A stretch of 64,000 nucleotides of DNA from assembly GCA_964016885.1 (NCBI GenBank), contig OZ024762.1:13888001-13952000 (forward strand), given 5' to 3'. This document shows positions 16,215 through 30,700 of this stretch, one piece after another. The stretch's first letter is position 1, and each line of letters opens with the position of its first letter. The position numbers were made by a program, and so were the translations under genes. The stretch is from Eledone cirrhosa. Lineage: Eukaryota. The notes beneath the pieces were generated by a model that made no database searches, had not been told where the DNA came from, and saw nothing but the letters and a program-made list of their open reading frames with translations.

Positions 16215-16270
16215 TTTTATTACACGCATTTCAAGGATACTACATTTTAGTGTGGTTTAATCAGATAAAA
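16215..16270 (-). ncRNA. Decayed family A hammerhead (G8->U)
   Basis: Minus: ttttat-CTGATTA-aaccacacta...tagtatcctt-GAA-ATGCGTGT-A/ataaaa. Confidence 0.55.
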
Positions 16271-16273
16271 TAT

Positions 16274-16451
16274 AATTGTTTCTACTTTAGGCACAAGGCC
16301 AGCAATAACTAGTGCATTACTGGTACTTTATTTTATCGACCCCGTAAGGATGAAAGGCAAAGTTAACCTCGGCGGGATTTGAACTCAGAATGGCAAAGGC
16401 CGTAACTCTATGCGTCAAAGCATGGCGTCCGACCCTCTACCGATACTGCCA
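16274..16451 (-). mobile_element. tRNA-derived SINE, near full length
   Basis: A box, B box (gagttcaaatccc), core cctttcatccttacggggtcgataaaataaagtaccag and tail on the minus strand; flanked by repeats of tcagataaaatataat. Confidence 0.92.
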
Positions 16452-16466
16452 AATCAGATAAAATAT

Positions 16467-16614
16467 AATTGTTTCTACTTTTAGCACGAGGTCAGCAAAT
16501 TACCCAGTGTATTACTGGTACTTTATTTTATCGACCCCGTAAGGATGAAAGGCAAAGTTAACCTCGGCGGGATTTTGAACTCAGACCGTAAAGGAAGGGA
16601 CGTAACTCTATGCT
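16467..16614 (-). mobile_element. 5'-truncated SINE
   Basis: Same core and tail; flanked by tcagataaaatataat and tcagacaaaatataat. Confidence 0.9.
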
Positions 16615-17293
16615 TCAGACAAAATATAATATTTGGTGTTAAGATATTGAAATACCTTAGCGTAGACTTACTAGTATAATCCCTCTAACTGCCGATTGTG
16701 GACTTATACTAGTAATTTCTAAAGGTTGAGCTCCCACGCCCCTATTTTTTTCCAATTAACAAAAACCCAATCTATGCAAAATTTTAGCTCAAACAGAGTA
16801 ATAAGAAAAGGAGAACAAGGAGAGGTTAAGGCAAATATTGCTCAAGCTATGCTGGAAGCAGACAAAGGTGAAGAAGAAAAAAATTAACTGAAGAGGTACA
16901 TTCTGCACCAAAATGACTCTTCTTCCTTTACAAACATCGAGTTTTCATCTCTTGTAACTCCTGGTACGAAAAACTTTCTTGGTCGAGATAGGGAACAGGA
17001 TACTGCTTTGGAACAGGATTAATCGTTGCGTATACTATGTTCCAACTTCAAGGCGTTTGAGGGTCACCTAACAGTTGTGGGATCGAGCTGAAATTTTGCA
17101 CACCCCGTGTGTTTGTTGATTGGAATACCCAAATATATATATTTATAAATAATTGGTGTTGGATGCTTAAAGCGTCCGTATGCGGTAGGCCGTTTGAGCA
17201 CTCGATCGTGCCCCGAGCTGGTCGCCGGAGAAGCGATTGCAATATACCCAATAAATTCCATTCGTCGCAACATTGATTCTCTTTTTTTCTGTG

Positions 17294-17324
<31 letters not shown>

Positions 17325-17995
17325 TATTGTCTGTGTATGCAAGAATATATGTATATATATATATATATGCGTGTGTTTGTGTTTGTGTATGAGAGAACTC
17401 TTTGATGTAAACCATTATACTATAACGACATAATTCTATGTCATATTTATTGTAATTTCAGGTTTGTGAGTGGTCTATATTTTTGTTGTTACCTGTCTTT
17501 AAAATTATTTGTAATGCGAAATTTTCAATATGTTCTTCACTTTCCTCCTCCTTCTCATCCTCCTCCTACTCCTCATTTTGTTGATGCTACTTATTCATTT
17601 TTTTTTTATTTTTAAATATTTTATTTATATATATTGTTTTTGGCTCTTCTACCGTTGCATATAAATTTTTATTTTTATAATGTCTACATCGAATTCTAAT
17701 TGCTTCGTTTCCTTTAATCATAATTGTACACATACACAGACACACACAGACACACACATACACAGACACACATACACAGGTGCCCCAACAGACACACATA
17801 CACACACACACACGTATGAATAAATATATATATATATTTATTAATTTGTATCAATATTTTTGTAGCGCAATCGCTCAAATTTTCAAAGACATAAAAGTAC
17901 ACCTGATCGTCCCGATTTGTATATATATATATATATCCATATATATATATATATATATATATACGACGTATTTTTATGTTGCATGTGTGTGTGCG

Positions 17996-18060
<65 letters not shown>

Positions 18061-18185
18061 CGACGTATTTTTATGTTGTGTGTGCGTTATGTGGAACACA
18101 TACGATCAGAGAGAATGGCAAACGAGAAAGGGGGAAAAAACTATTGACGACAAATAGACATATACAAAGATAGACAGGTAGACAC

Positions 18186-18230
<45 letters not shown>

Positions 18231-18546
18231 GATAGATAGAGAGAAGTAGGGAAGGAATACTAGTAGAAACAATTGATAAATACATCTCTGTATACTTCTA
18301 AGCCGGGATTAATTATATTGTACGAATTAATTCCATTGCTATATATGGCTTATAACGTTTACATTGGTTTTGTATCAAAACTACTACTACTACTACTACT
18401 ACTACTACTGATTCGTTTAATAGCCGGGTGGTTGGTTGGTTTGTTTAGTGTCAAAGCTCTTTCATCACACATTCCGTGACCTCTTTAGTGACTTTATTTG
18501 TTATTTTGTGCCTCTCATATTTTCAGTCCTACAACATCTTGTCTTG

Positions 18547-18669
<123 letters not shown>

Positions 18670-19027
18670 TTTGCCAAGAAGCAGAAGTTAAGTTCGGAAG
18701 ATGGTTCCCTAACTTCTACAGTAGTCAGATTTTGGACAAGGAAATGTGACGCGTCAGATTTTCCGAAGACTGATTGATCGATACGTCATTCTATCTGCCC
18801 TGAGGTGATTGGAAACTCTAATTAAGAACATATTGTTAGAAATTAATTAAAGATGACATTTATGTACTTAGAACAATGCACGAAGTAAATTTGATATGTC
18901 GGATAATAAATATACATTTATATGTCACTGTCACTTTTCTACACATGACATGACATTTACACTCGCTTTGTACGTATTGAGTGCTTACTTAGTTAATGTT
19001 TGAATTGAATATATTAAGTAGACAATC

Positions 19028-19071
<44 letters not shown>

Positions 19072-19169
19072 GTGGGGGGTGGGGGGGGGGAAGAGAAAGA
19101 AACGACACAATACAATGAAGAAATATGTTAGTTAAATAGTTAAATGCTTGAAATAACGGGCAAAGTGTC

Positions 19170-19830
<661 letters not shown>

Positions 19831-19896
19831 GTATGAAGTTCTGATTTTCATGAGTTTCCGTGAACCAGTTGTTACTAATGGACGACTTTGCTCTCG

Positions 19897-19943
<47 letters not shown>

Positions 19944-20406
19944 CACACAAATCAGTATATACACATGCATACGTACATATATACATAAATGCAAAAACAT
20001 GCTTATGCATGTATATTTATATATATATATATATACGCATGCATATGCAAGTATATATATACATTTACATGCATAATATTTCTGTCAGCGAATCTTTGCT
20101 CAAAGCAAACAATTAAACTGGTTGACAGTCGGTAGTCTCCCGTGAATGTCCGCCAGGGGGAGATAGTGAATGTAATGGTAGCAAGTGTCATCTGCACAGC
20201 TTATAAATTGACTGTCATTTTAGATGCAGAATTAAAAATGACACACAGGCAACAAAAGTATGTGACAGAGAGGTAAATATTTGAAAATCTTAACTGGCAT
20301 CTGAGACATACACTTGCATACCTACAAGTAAGAACGATTACATAGCTACTGTCATAAATGAATGTATATATATAGAGAAATATATGTATGTTTGTGTGTA
20401 TATGTA

Positions 20407-20468
<62 letters not shown>

Positions 20469-20534
20469 TATAGTAAATGCATGCCAATATTTGCGCATAC
20501 AAACATGTATATATACGCATATATATATATATAG

Positions 20535-20715
20535 GTACGTTATTCCGGGTTGAATCGGAGGTAACCACAGTAAGTAAGGTACTCAATACATTGTAGAGTA
20601 TAAAAGTTTTAATATAGATGAGATTCTACAGGACTAGAACTGTTTCATTCTTTAGAAATCATCAGGAGATTCCTGATGATTTCTAAAGAATGAAACAGTT
20701 CTAGTCCTGTAGAAT

Positions 20716-20720
<5 letters not shown>
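20535..20720. mobile_element. Fold-back HHR element (family B)
   Basis: 50-bp inverted arms 20618-20667 and 20671-20720 (one mismatch, 3-nt loop); tail ccgggtt...taagtaaggtactcaataca shared with 40340-40400; (TA)n on both sides. Confidence 0.8.
20666..20718 (+). ncRNA. Type I hammerhead ribozyme (family B)
   Basis: gagattc-CTGATGA-tttc taaa gaat-GAAA-cag ttctagtc ctg-TA/gaatatc; a mirror core lies on the minus strand. Confidence 0.75.
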
Positions 20721-20760
<40 letters not shown>

Positions 20761-20837
20761 GTATATATGATCGAAGACAGGAGAACGACCGGAAGTTAGT
20801 CACATCAGTCAATCGCTAAAGATGTGTTCTTCCAATG

Positions 20838-20882
<45 letters not shown>

Positions 20883-20983
20883 GGAGGTAAGTTTTATTGT
20901 AGTACAATAAAGCAATGCAGATATGTTGATTTAAAACTGTACTATCCACAAGTGTTTTTTAACCTTCATACCATGTCCTCCTG

Positions 20984-21050
20984 TTTTATCTGATGAAAAC
21001 ACAAATATTATTGCATGATGATATTTGTTTTTGAAATGCGCATAATAAAA
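20984..21050 (+). ncRNA. Type I hammerhead ribozyme, intact core (family A)
   Basis: ttttat-CTGATGA-aaacacaaatattatt gcat gatgatatttgttttt-GAA-ATGCGCAT-A/ataaaa; stem I 6 bp, stem II 15/16 bp including GU pairs, palindromic stem III. Confidence 0.85.
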
Positions 21051-21082
21051 TACATGGAACTCTTTTAACCATCTTTTGTTCT

Positions 21083-21152
<70 letters not shown>

Positions 21153-21210
21153 CATTGGAAGAACATACCTGGATAAAATCCTTTTATAATGCTTACCTGT
21201 GTTTTATCTT

Positions 21211-21256
<46 letters not shown>

Positions 21257-21659
21257 GAGAGAGAGAGAGAGGGGGTGGGGATATGTCAATAGATGGAGAG
21301 GTTTTTTTTATATGTTTTTCGATATTTTAGTAGGAATGTTGAATCTGGCTTATTATATATTAACATATTACAATGTGCTAACAATTTCTGTTCGCTGTCA
21401 CGCTAGGGAGATAATATTGAAAATAGAGCCAATTTCTAATAAAAAGATCGATAAATCAAACACCAGAATTGCAAAAAAAAATGCCCAAATATAAAGATAA
21501 ATAAAGAAAAAAATACTAGAGTCGTTATTATCGAATAATTTCTTACAATGTTGTGCTCCGGCATGGCCACTGTCTCATGACTGAAACAAGTAAAGGAGTA
21601 ACATAAAGAGGTAACAACAGACATGAATATGTGTCGGAAATAATTTGTTTTATAATGTC

Positions 21660-22134
21660 GTTGGGTTGACAGTACTCGGTAGAGCGTCTGACACCATGCT
21701 GTATTGCGGCATATAATTTCGTCCTTTTATGTTCTGAGTTAAAATCTCGCAGAGGTTAGCCTTTTGTTTTCATCCTTACGTGCTTGATAAAATAAAGTAC
21801 CAGTAACACACTGGGCTCGATTTAATAGACCCCCCCCCCCACCTCTCTTAAATTGTTGGCCTTGTGCCTAAATCAAAAAGCATTATCATCATCATCATCA
21901 TCATCATCATCAGAGCAGTGTGTCGTCTGAATCAGTAGAGAATCGGACAACATCCTTTACGACAGAACGTTATGGCCCTTTACGTTCTGTCTGAGTTCAA
22001 ATCCCGCCGAGGTTAACCATTACCTTTCATCCTTACGTGGTTGATAAAATAAAGTACCAGTAACACACTGGGCTCGATTTGACGCTCCCCTACCCCCGGA
22101 TTATTGGCCTTGTGTCTAAATCATAGACCCTTAT
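21660..22134 (+). mobile_element. Two older long-form SINEs in tandem
   Basis: 21660-21885 with an (ATC)n tail, then 21915-22134; B box, core and ggccttgtg tail in each. Confidence 0.85.
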
Positions 22135-22469
22135 TTAATGTCTACAGTTCGAGATAGCATAGAGGCGGATTCTACTTTTAAATTTCTGGATCAATGAGAA
22201 CATCAAATATTGTGATACAAGCTTTATCCATCTTAGTTGTCTACAACCCCCCACCTTCATTATCGATCTTCAAAACTACCACCAACACCACCACCACCAT
22301 CGCAGTAACAACACCATTGTCGCCACTAGTGACTGTACCATCACTACCGCCACCACGGTCACCCCACTACCAACTCAACAATCACCGCCATCCGCATACT
22401 TTCACCATCACCACTACCAGCACTACCTGTACCCTCAACCCAGTAACATATCCCATCAACCCCACCACC

Positions 22470-23180
22470 ACCACCACCACCAACACCACCACCACCTCCC
22501 TCAACACCCCACGATCACTGCCACATTCAACCCCACCACAACCACCACCACTTACCACCTTCAACACCACCACCACCACCACCAACACCACCACCTCCCT
22601 CAACACCCCACGATCACTGCCACATTCAACCCCACCACAACCACCACCACTTACCACCTTCAACACCACCACCACCACCAACACCACCGCCACCTCCCTC
22701 AACACCCCACGATCACTGCCACATTCAACCCCACCACAACCACCACCACTTACCACCTTCAACACCACCACCACCACCACCAACACCACCACCTCCTCCC
22801 TCAACACCACCACGATCACTGCCACATTCAACCCCACCACAACCACCACCACTTACCACCTTCAACACCACCACCACCACCAACACCACCACCTCCCTCA
22901 ACACCCCACGATCACTGCCACATTCAACCCCACCACAACCACCACCACTTACCACCTTCAACACCACCACCACCACCACCAACACCACCACCTCCTCCCT
23001 CAACACCCCACGATCACTGCCACATTCAACCCCACCACAACCACCACCACTTACCACCTTCAACACCACCACCACCACCAACACCACCACCTCCCTCAAC
23101 ACCCCACGATCACTGCCACATTCAACCCCACCACAACCACCACCACTTACCACCTTCAACACCACCACCACCACCACCAC
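22470..23180. repeat. Minisatellite, about 100-bp unit x7
   Basis: acgatcactgccacattcaacccc recurs near 22511, 22610, 22709, 22812, 22907, 23010 and 23107. Confidence 0.92.
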
Positions 23181-23421
23181 CGTCATTTTAAAACGTGTAA
23201 ATTTTCTCCTCACGTTATCAGTTAAAAATTAAATATCGTTAAATAATTTCAAATATGGAGTAATTAAAAGAGAATAATTAAATAAATATAATTCAAATAT
23301 TCTTGAAATATAAAATTAATTTTCGAAACCTAAACAGGAAAATAATCTTGTTTCAACGGAAGAAGTTTTACGAAAATGGAATTATGTCAAAAAGATGAGA
23401 ACAAATTATAATAAATGGTAA

Positions 23422-23506
23422 ATAATTGTTTCTACTTTAGGCACAAGGCCAGCAATTTGGGGAAAGGGGAAGTAGATTAAATCGACTCCAGTGCATTACT
23501 GGTACT
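23422..23506 (-). mobile_element. SINE 3' fragment (long form)
   Basis: aattgtttctactttaggcacaaggccagcaatttgggg...actggtact. Confidence 0.8.
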
Positions 23507-23594
23507 AATGATTTATGAACACCACCAACACCAACAACACCGACACTACCAGTATTGCCATCATCACCATCACACACATACATATATACACACA

Positions 23595-23870
23595 TACTCA
23601 CAAAATATACCTACATACACACACAGAGAGACTCATAAAATATACCTACACACACACTCACACTCATAAAATATACCTACACACACTCACACTCATAAAA
23701 TATACCTACATACACACAGTCGTAAAATATACCTACACACACACTCACACTCATAAAATATACCTACACACTCACACTCATAAAATATACCTACATACAC
23801 ACACTCATAAAATATACCTACATACACACACTCATAAAATATACCTACATACACACACTCAAAAAGTAAC
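23595..23870. repeat. Minisatellite, about 25-30-bp unit
   Basis: cataaaatatacctaca(ca)n repeated about 9-10 times. Confidence 0.9.
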
Positions 23871-23999
23871 CTACATACACACACATTCAGACGGACTAAT
23901 AAAACAGAACTACATACTCACATATATAGAGACATACATACACACTGACTCAGGAAATAGATCTACATATATACACACATACACACACACACACACACT

Positions 24000-24030
24000 G
24001 TGAAAGAAAGAGAAAGAGGAACAGAGAAAC

Positions 24031-24087
<57 letters not shown>

Positions 24088-24154
24088 AGAGAAAGAAAAA
24101 GAGAGAAAGAGGAACAGAAAGAGAGAAAGCGAGAGAGAGAGAGAAACAGAGAAA

Positions 24155-24205
<51 letters not shown>

Positions 24206-24282
24206 GGGGAGAGAGAAAGAGAAATAGCTAGAGAAAAAGAGACAACGAGGAACAGAGAAAGAGAAAAAGGAGGAACAAAGTA

Positions 24283-24328
<46 letters not shown>

Positions 24329-25065
24329 TGAAATATGTAGAGAAAGAGGTGAGTGAGAAAGAGGGAGAAAGCGAGAGAGAGAGAGAATGACTGAAATATG
24401 TAGAGAAAGAGGTGAGTGAGAAAGAGGGAGAGAGAGAGAGAATGACTGAAATATGTAGAGATAGAGAAAGAGGTGAGTGAGAAAGAGGGAGAGAGAGAGA
24501 GAATGACTGAAATATGTAGAGATAGAGAAAGGGGTGAGTGAGAAAGAGGGAGAGAGAGAGAGAATGACTGAAATATGTAGAGATAGAGAAAGAGGTGAGT
24601 GAGAAAGAGGGAGAGAGAGAGAGAGAATGACTGAAATATGTAGAGATAGAGAAAGAGGTGAGTGAGAGAGAGGGAATGACTGAAATATGTAGAGATAGAG
24701 AAAGAGGTGAGTGAGAAAGAGGGAGAGAGAGAGAGAATGACTGAAATATGTAGAGATTGAGAAAGAGGTGAGTGAGAAAGAGGGAGAGAGAGAGAGAGAA
24801 TGACTGAAATATGTAGAGATAGAGAAAGAGGTGAGTGAGAGAGAGGGAGAAAGCGAGAGAGAGAGAATAATATGTAGAGATAGAGAAAGAGGTGAGTGAG
24901 AAAGCGAGAGAGAGAATGACTGAAATATGTAGAGATAGAGAAAGAGGTGAGTGAGAAAGCGAGAGAAAGAGAGAGAGCGAGAGAAAGAGAGAGAGAATGA
25001 CTGAAATATGTAGAGAAAGAGGTGAGTGAGGAAGTGGGAGAAAGCGAGAGAGGGAGAGAGAGAGC
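24000..25065. repeat. (GA)n tract plus about 60-bp minisatellite
   Basis: gaatgactgaaatatgtagagatagagaaagaggtgagtgag repeated about 12 times. Confidence 0.92.
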
Positions 25066-25509
25066 TGTGCTAAGGTCGTACTCCCTCCCCTTCTTACTAT
25101 AAAGTGTCTTACGGTGAACTAAGCCGTATCATACGCCCTACTACACATCTATCGCTCTCAAAATATGAACAACTGAAACAACAACAACTACAACAACAGC
25201 AAGAATAACGGAACAAACAACAACAACAAGAACACCAATAAACAACAATAACAATAACATCAATAATAATAAATAATAATAAAGAAATAAAGAAATAATG
25301 TTTTATTTTGATTTTATTTAAACACATTATCTCCTTGAAAAGATATAAAATCCATTTATATTTGCATGTGTTTGTATGTGTGTGTATGTGTGTGTATGTG
25401 TGTGTGTGTATATATATATATGTATATACATATATGTGTGTGTGTGTGTGTATATACATATATATATATGCAAAGATATATATGTGTATATATATATATA
25501 TATACAAAC

Positions 25510-25542
<33 letters not shown>

Positions 25543-25624
25543 TTTGTGTGTGTGTGTATATATACATATATATACATATATGTGTGTGTATATATATATA
25601 TACAAAGATATATATGTGTGTATG

Positions 25625-25662
<38 letters not shown>

Positions 25663-25689
25663 TATAGATATATACAAACACACACACAT

Positions 25690-25721
<32 letters not shown>

Positions 25722-25929
25722 GTACGTGCGTTTGTATATATATTTATGTGTGTGTATATATATAAATATACATATATATGTGTGTGTGTATGTCTGCCTG
25801 TATGAAAGGGTTGATGCATGGACGCATGGCTACCTTATGTATAGATAGATGAATGCATCTATGCATGTCTGCCTGTGTATATATATATATATCAACACTA
25901 ATATATATACATATATGAATACATATATG

Positions 25930-26292
<363 letters not shown>

Positions 26293-27570
26293 GTGTGTGT
26301 GTGCGTGTGTGTGTATGTGTGTATATGTGTGTAGATGTGAATGCTTATGTTGTATATAAGTATCAAACCATCTTCTACAACATATATTTAAAATGTTGTT
26401 GTAGGAGTCTTTACATTATGTCAAACACCAAACCAGAAATTCCAATCTCCTTACTACAGGCTTCTTAAACCTTCCATTTCTTATACACCTTTAATATCAT
26501 TCGTAATCCTTGTCTTCTTCTTTTTCTTCTACTTCTTTTTCTTCTTCTACTTTTTTTTTCTTTTTCTTCTTCTTTTTCTTCTTTTTCTTCTTCTTTTTCT
26601 TTTTCTTTTTCTTCACTTGACTGTTGCTGTCTCAGGTCATTGACGTTCGTCAGATCGATATCATAAATCAGAGATCAGTTTCGGGGTCTCACATGCCAGA
26701 TCAGAGATCAGTTTCCAGTGCTCATCGCGAGAAGGTCGAGAAAACTTAGTCCCCAAACATTTTACTGATAGTAAAGCGTCGGTACATTTGAGCCTCACCC
26801 ACACTTATACCCTCCTTTCGGGGAATTCCAAATATTTATAGAAATTATTTTTTTTAAATGCTCAATAATCAATATTCTATATTGCATGGATTTGATATTT
26901 TTTTGGTAAATGTCATCCATGAAAGGCATGTGGCCACAACGTAACCCTGTTATAGCCAAGGGTAACTCACACATTTCAAGGGGTAGCAAAAGTCCTGGGC
27001 ACCCCTTAAAAGACAGTGTTCCAATCTGGGAACAGCCCATGTGCCTCGGCTTCCAAGGTCTAAATATGGACCTTTATGTTTCCCGCTCGTTTTTGTTTTT
27101 TAAATCTCAATCAGAAATTATTGGAGACCTTGAAAATATACCAGAATCAGTTTTTTTTAGTCTTTTTCTTTTTTTCAAACTACGAATAACCCCCGATCGA
27201 TTAGCTGTGGGTTACCGTAAGAAAAGGAATCGTTGGCAAAAATAAAATAAAAAACAGCAAAAATGAAAAACTTTAATACCTATGACGAAATGGTGGCACA
27301 GTTAGATCGAACCTGGACCCTGATGTTTTTAAAGAACACTTCTTAATACTCACATATGTCTACAGAGATTATGTTAGGGTGACATATGAATCCAGATCTG
27401 ACTGTACAACAAAGGACAAAAATCCCAGCCCCGTTGAGAACATTTAATGATAATGGTGTCACAAATGGATAGAGATTATAATAATTACCATTATTTCTTT
27501 GGAATAATAATAATAATAATAATAATAATATCTGAAAGAAAAAAATACGCCAGGGAGAGAGATTTGCCTT

Positions 27571-27615
<45 letters not shown>

Positions 27616-27690
27616 ATTTGTATATATGTATATATAAAGTTATATCTGTATAAATAAATTAATACATACACACACACACACACATACACG

Positions 27691-27721
<31 letters not shown>

Positions 27722-28273
27722 TTTTTTTTTTTTGTGAAAGATTGTCTGTATATATGTGAATGTGTGTGTGTATGTATGCGCATGATTCTGTATATATATA
27801 TGGAAATGAATTTTTGTATGTGTTTGTGTATGTGCTTGATTTTCTATATATGTATGTACATGAGTGTGTTTTCATGACAGTACGTGTATGTGCGTGATTG
27901 TGTATAAATATACGTATGTGAATATACGTATGTGTATACGTACGTATGTATGTATGTATGTATCGATGTGTGTATGTGTGTGGGAATTATACATTTATGA
28001 CTTCACCCAGTCACCGCCTCTGTATGCATAATCTAACATGTAACCAGTATATGATTAAGTGAGTGTATATATTTGCGTATACATATACACACATACGTAT
28101 GTATATGTATATATATTGAATATATGGCAGTTATGCCATTACATAAATCTATTTGATGACAGTTACATAGTCAGAAGTTTAAAGAGGACGGATTTTAGAT
28201 GACACAGCTTAAAAGATAAAATCTCTGTATGTGTGTATATATATATATGTATATGTATATGTATGTATATATG

Positions 28274-28310
<37 letters not shown>

Positions 28311-28635
28311 GCATGTTTGTATATGCACATATATGTGTTTGTGTATATACGTATATATGTATGTATATATATATATGTGTGTGTGTATAAGTGTATATGT
28401 ATATATATATGTATGTATGTATATGTATGTATGTATGTATGTATATATATGTATACATGTATATATATGTATTTACATATACATATATATACATATATAT
28501 ATATGTACATATGTATATATATATATATGTATATGTTCATATGTATATATATATGTATATATATACATATATATACATATATATGTATATATGTATATAT
28601 ATAATATATATGTATATATATATATTCTTCCTTGT

Positions 28636-28695
<60 letters not shown>

Positions 28696-28704
28696 AATAA
28701 ATAT

Positions 28705-28765
<61 letters not shown>

Positions 28766-28788
28766 AATAAATATATATATATATATAA

Positions 28789-28829
<41 letters not shown>

Positions 28830-28909
28830 TATATATATATATAAATAAATATATATATACTAACAACAAAACATGAGAATGAAGGGATTTAAACTAGCCA
28901 GAATATATA

Positions 28910-30700
28910 GGGAGTTTGTTAGCAAGTTGTTAAGGGGTTGGATTAGGGGTGTTTTAGTGGAGGGGGTTAGGGCAGGGATATAAGGCTTGGTTTAGGGGGC
29001 TGCGTGGTATGTGTAGTGTATAGAGGGTTTATTTTAGCTGGTTGTTTTGGGGGTTGTTTGTGGTGTATTTTAGGGCAGAGATATAAGGATGTTTTTATGG
29101 GTGGTTTAGGGCAAGGGGATAAGGATTGGTTTAGTGGGGCCGAGTGGTATGTATAGTGTATACAGGATATCTGTTAGCTGGTTGTTGAGAGGGTGGATTG
29201 GGGTGTTTTAGGGGGCTGCGTGGTATGTATAGTGTGTACAGGGTTTCTATGAGCTGGTTGTTTAGGGGGTGGATTGGGGTGTTTTAGGGGGTTGGGTGGT
29301 ATGTATAGTGTATACAGGATATCTGTTAGCTGGTTGCTTAGGGGGTGGATTAGGGTGTTTTAGGGGGCTGCGTGGTATGTATAGTGTATACAGGATATTT
29401 GTTAGCTGGTTGTTTAGGGGGTGGATTGGGGTGTTTTAGGGGGCTGCGTGGTATGTATAGTGTATACAGGATATTTGTTAGCTGGTTGTTTAGGGGGTGG
29501 ATTGGGGTGTTTTAGGGGGCTGCGTGGTATGTATAGTGTATACAGGATATTTGTTAGCTGGTTGTTTAGGGGGTGGATTGGGGTGTTTTAGGGGGCTGCG
29601 TGGTATGTATAGTGTATACAGGTTATCTGTTAGCTGATTGTTTAGGGGGTAGATTGGGGTGTTTTAGGGGCTGCGTGGTATGTATAGTGTATACAGGTTA
29701 TCTGTTAGCTGATTGTTTAGGGGGTGGATTGGGGTGTTTTAGGGGGCTGCGTGGTATGTATAGTGTATACAGGATATTTGTTAGCTGGTTGTTTAGGGGG
29801 TGGATTGGGGTGTTTTAGGGGGCTGCGTGGTATGTATAGTGTATACAGGTTATCTGTTAGCTGATTGTTTAGGGGGTGGATTGGGGTGTTTTAGGGGGTT
29901 GCGTGGTATGTATAGTGTATACAGGTTATCTGTTAGCTGATTGTTTAGGGGGTAGATTGGGGTGTTTTAGGGGCTGCGTGGTATGTATAGTGTATACAGG
30001 TTATCTGTTAGCTGATTGTTTAGGGGGTGGATTGGGGTGTTTTAGGGGCTGCGTGGTATGTATAGTGCATACAGGCTTTCTCTGAGCTGGTTGTTTAGGG
30101 ATGGTTTAGGGGTGATTTATGGCAGGGGTGATTTAGGGAGTAGCGCGACTTGTGTAGTGCATGCAGGGATTCTGTTAGCTGGTTTTAAAGGGGGTGGTTT
30201 AGCGGAGATTTATGGGAAAGGGTTAGGTGTGGTTTAGGGCGCCGCGTGGTATGTGGATGTATGGGCGAGGGGTTAGGGGCCGCGTGGTATGTATAGACAA
30301 TACAGGGATTCTGTTAGATGATTTTAAAGAGGGTGGTTAGGGGATGGCTTAGATGGTAATTTAAAGGGCCACATAGAATGTGTAGGGTATGTAGGCATTC
30401 TGTTCCCTCGTTGGAGGGGATTTGGGGGTGTGAGAGGGGGCCAGTTAGGGTATGGATGGGAGGTTGTTTTAAAGGTCCGCGTTAGTATGCGTAGTGCATA
30501 CATGGATTCTTTTAACTGGTTTTTAAGGGGATGGTTTAGAGGCTGCGTGGTTTGTGTAGAATATTTAGGGATTCTGTCAGCTAGTTTTAGGGAGGGGGGG
30601 TATGGGTCACGTGGTATGTGCTGGGTGTGTAGGTTGGTAAGGATGTAGGGGGTTTGTGAACCGGTTGTTTTGGTGCACTAGATGTAAGGGCATAGGGATA
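28910..30700. repeat. G-rich minisatellite, 75-76-bp unit, about 13 homogeneous copies with decayed flanks
   Basis: ggtatgtatagtg recurs at 29146, 29222, 29298, 29374 and onward to 30055. Confidence 0.95.

Noticed and set aside
18755-18795. CCGAAGA...GATACGTC hammerhead-like relic
   Set aside because: It has two core mismatches and poor stems.
22194-23225. 343-aa ORF, or a CRISPR-like array
   Set aside because: It is a minisatellite of about 100 bp whose frame drifts between units, with no unique spacers and no cas genes.
26690-27460. Complex unique segment with a 111-aa ORF (26910-27245)
   Set aside because: There is no recognisable domain, terminus or second copy in the window, so it is left unannotated.
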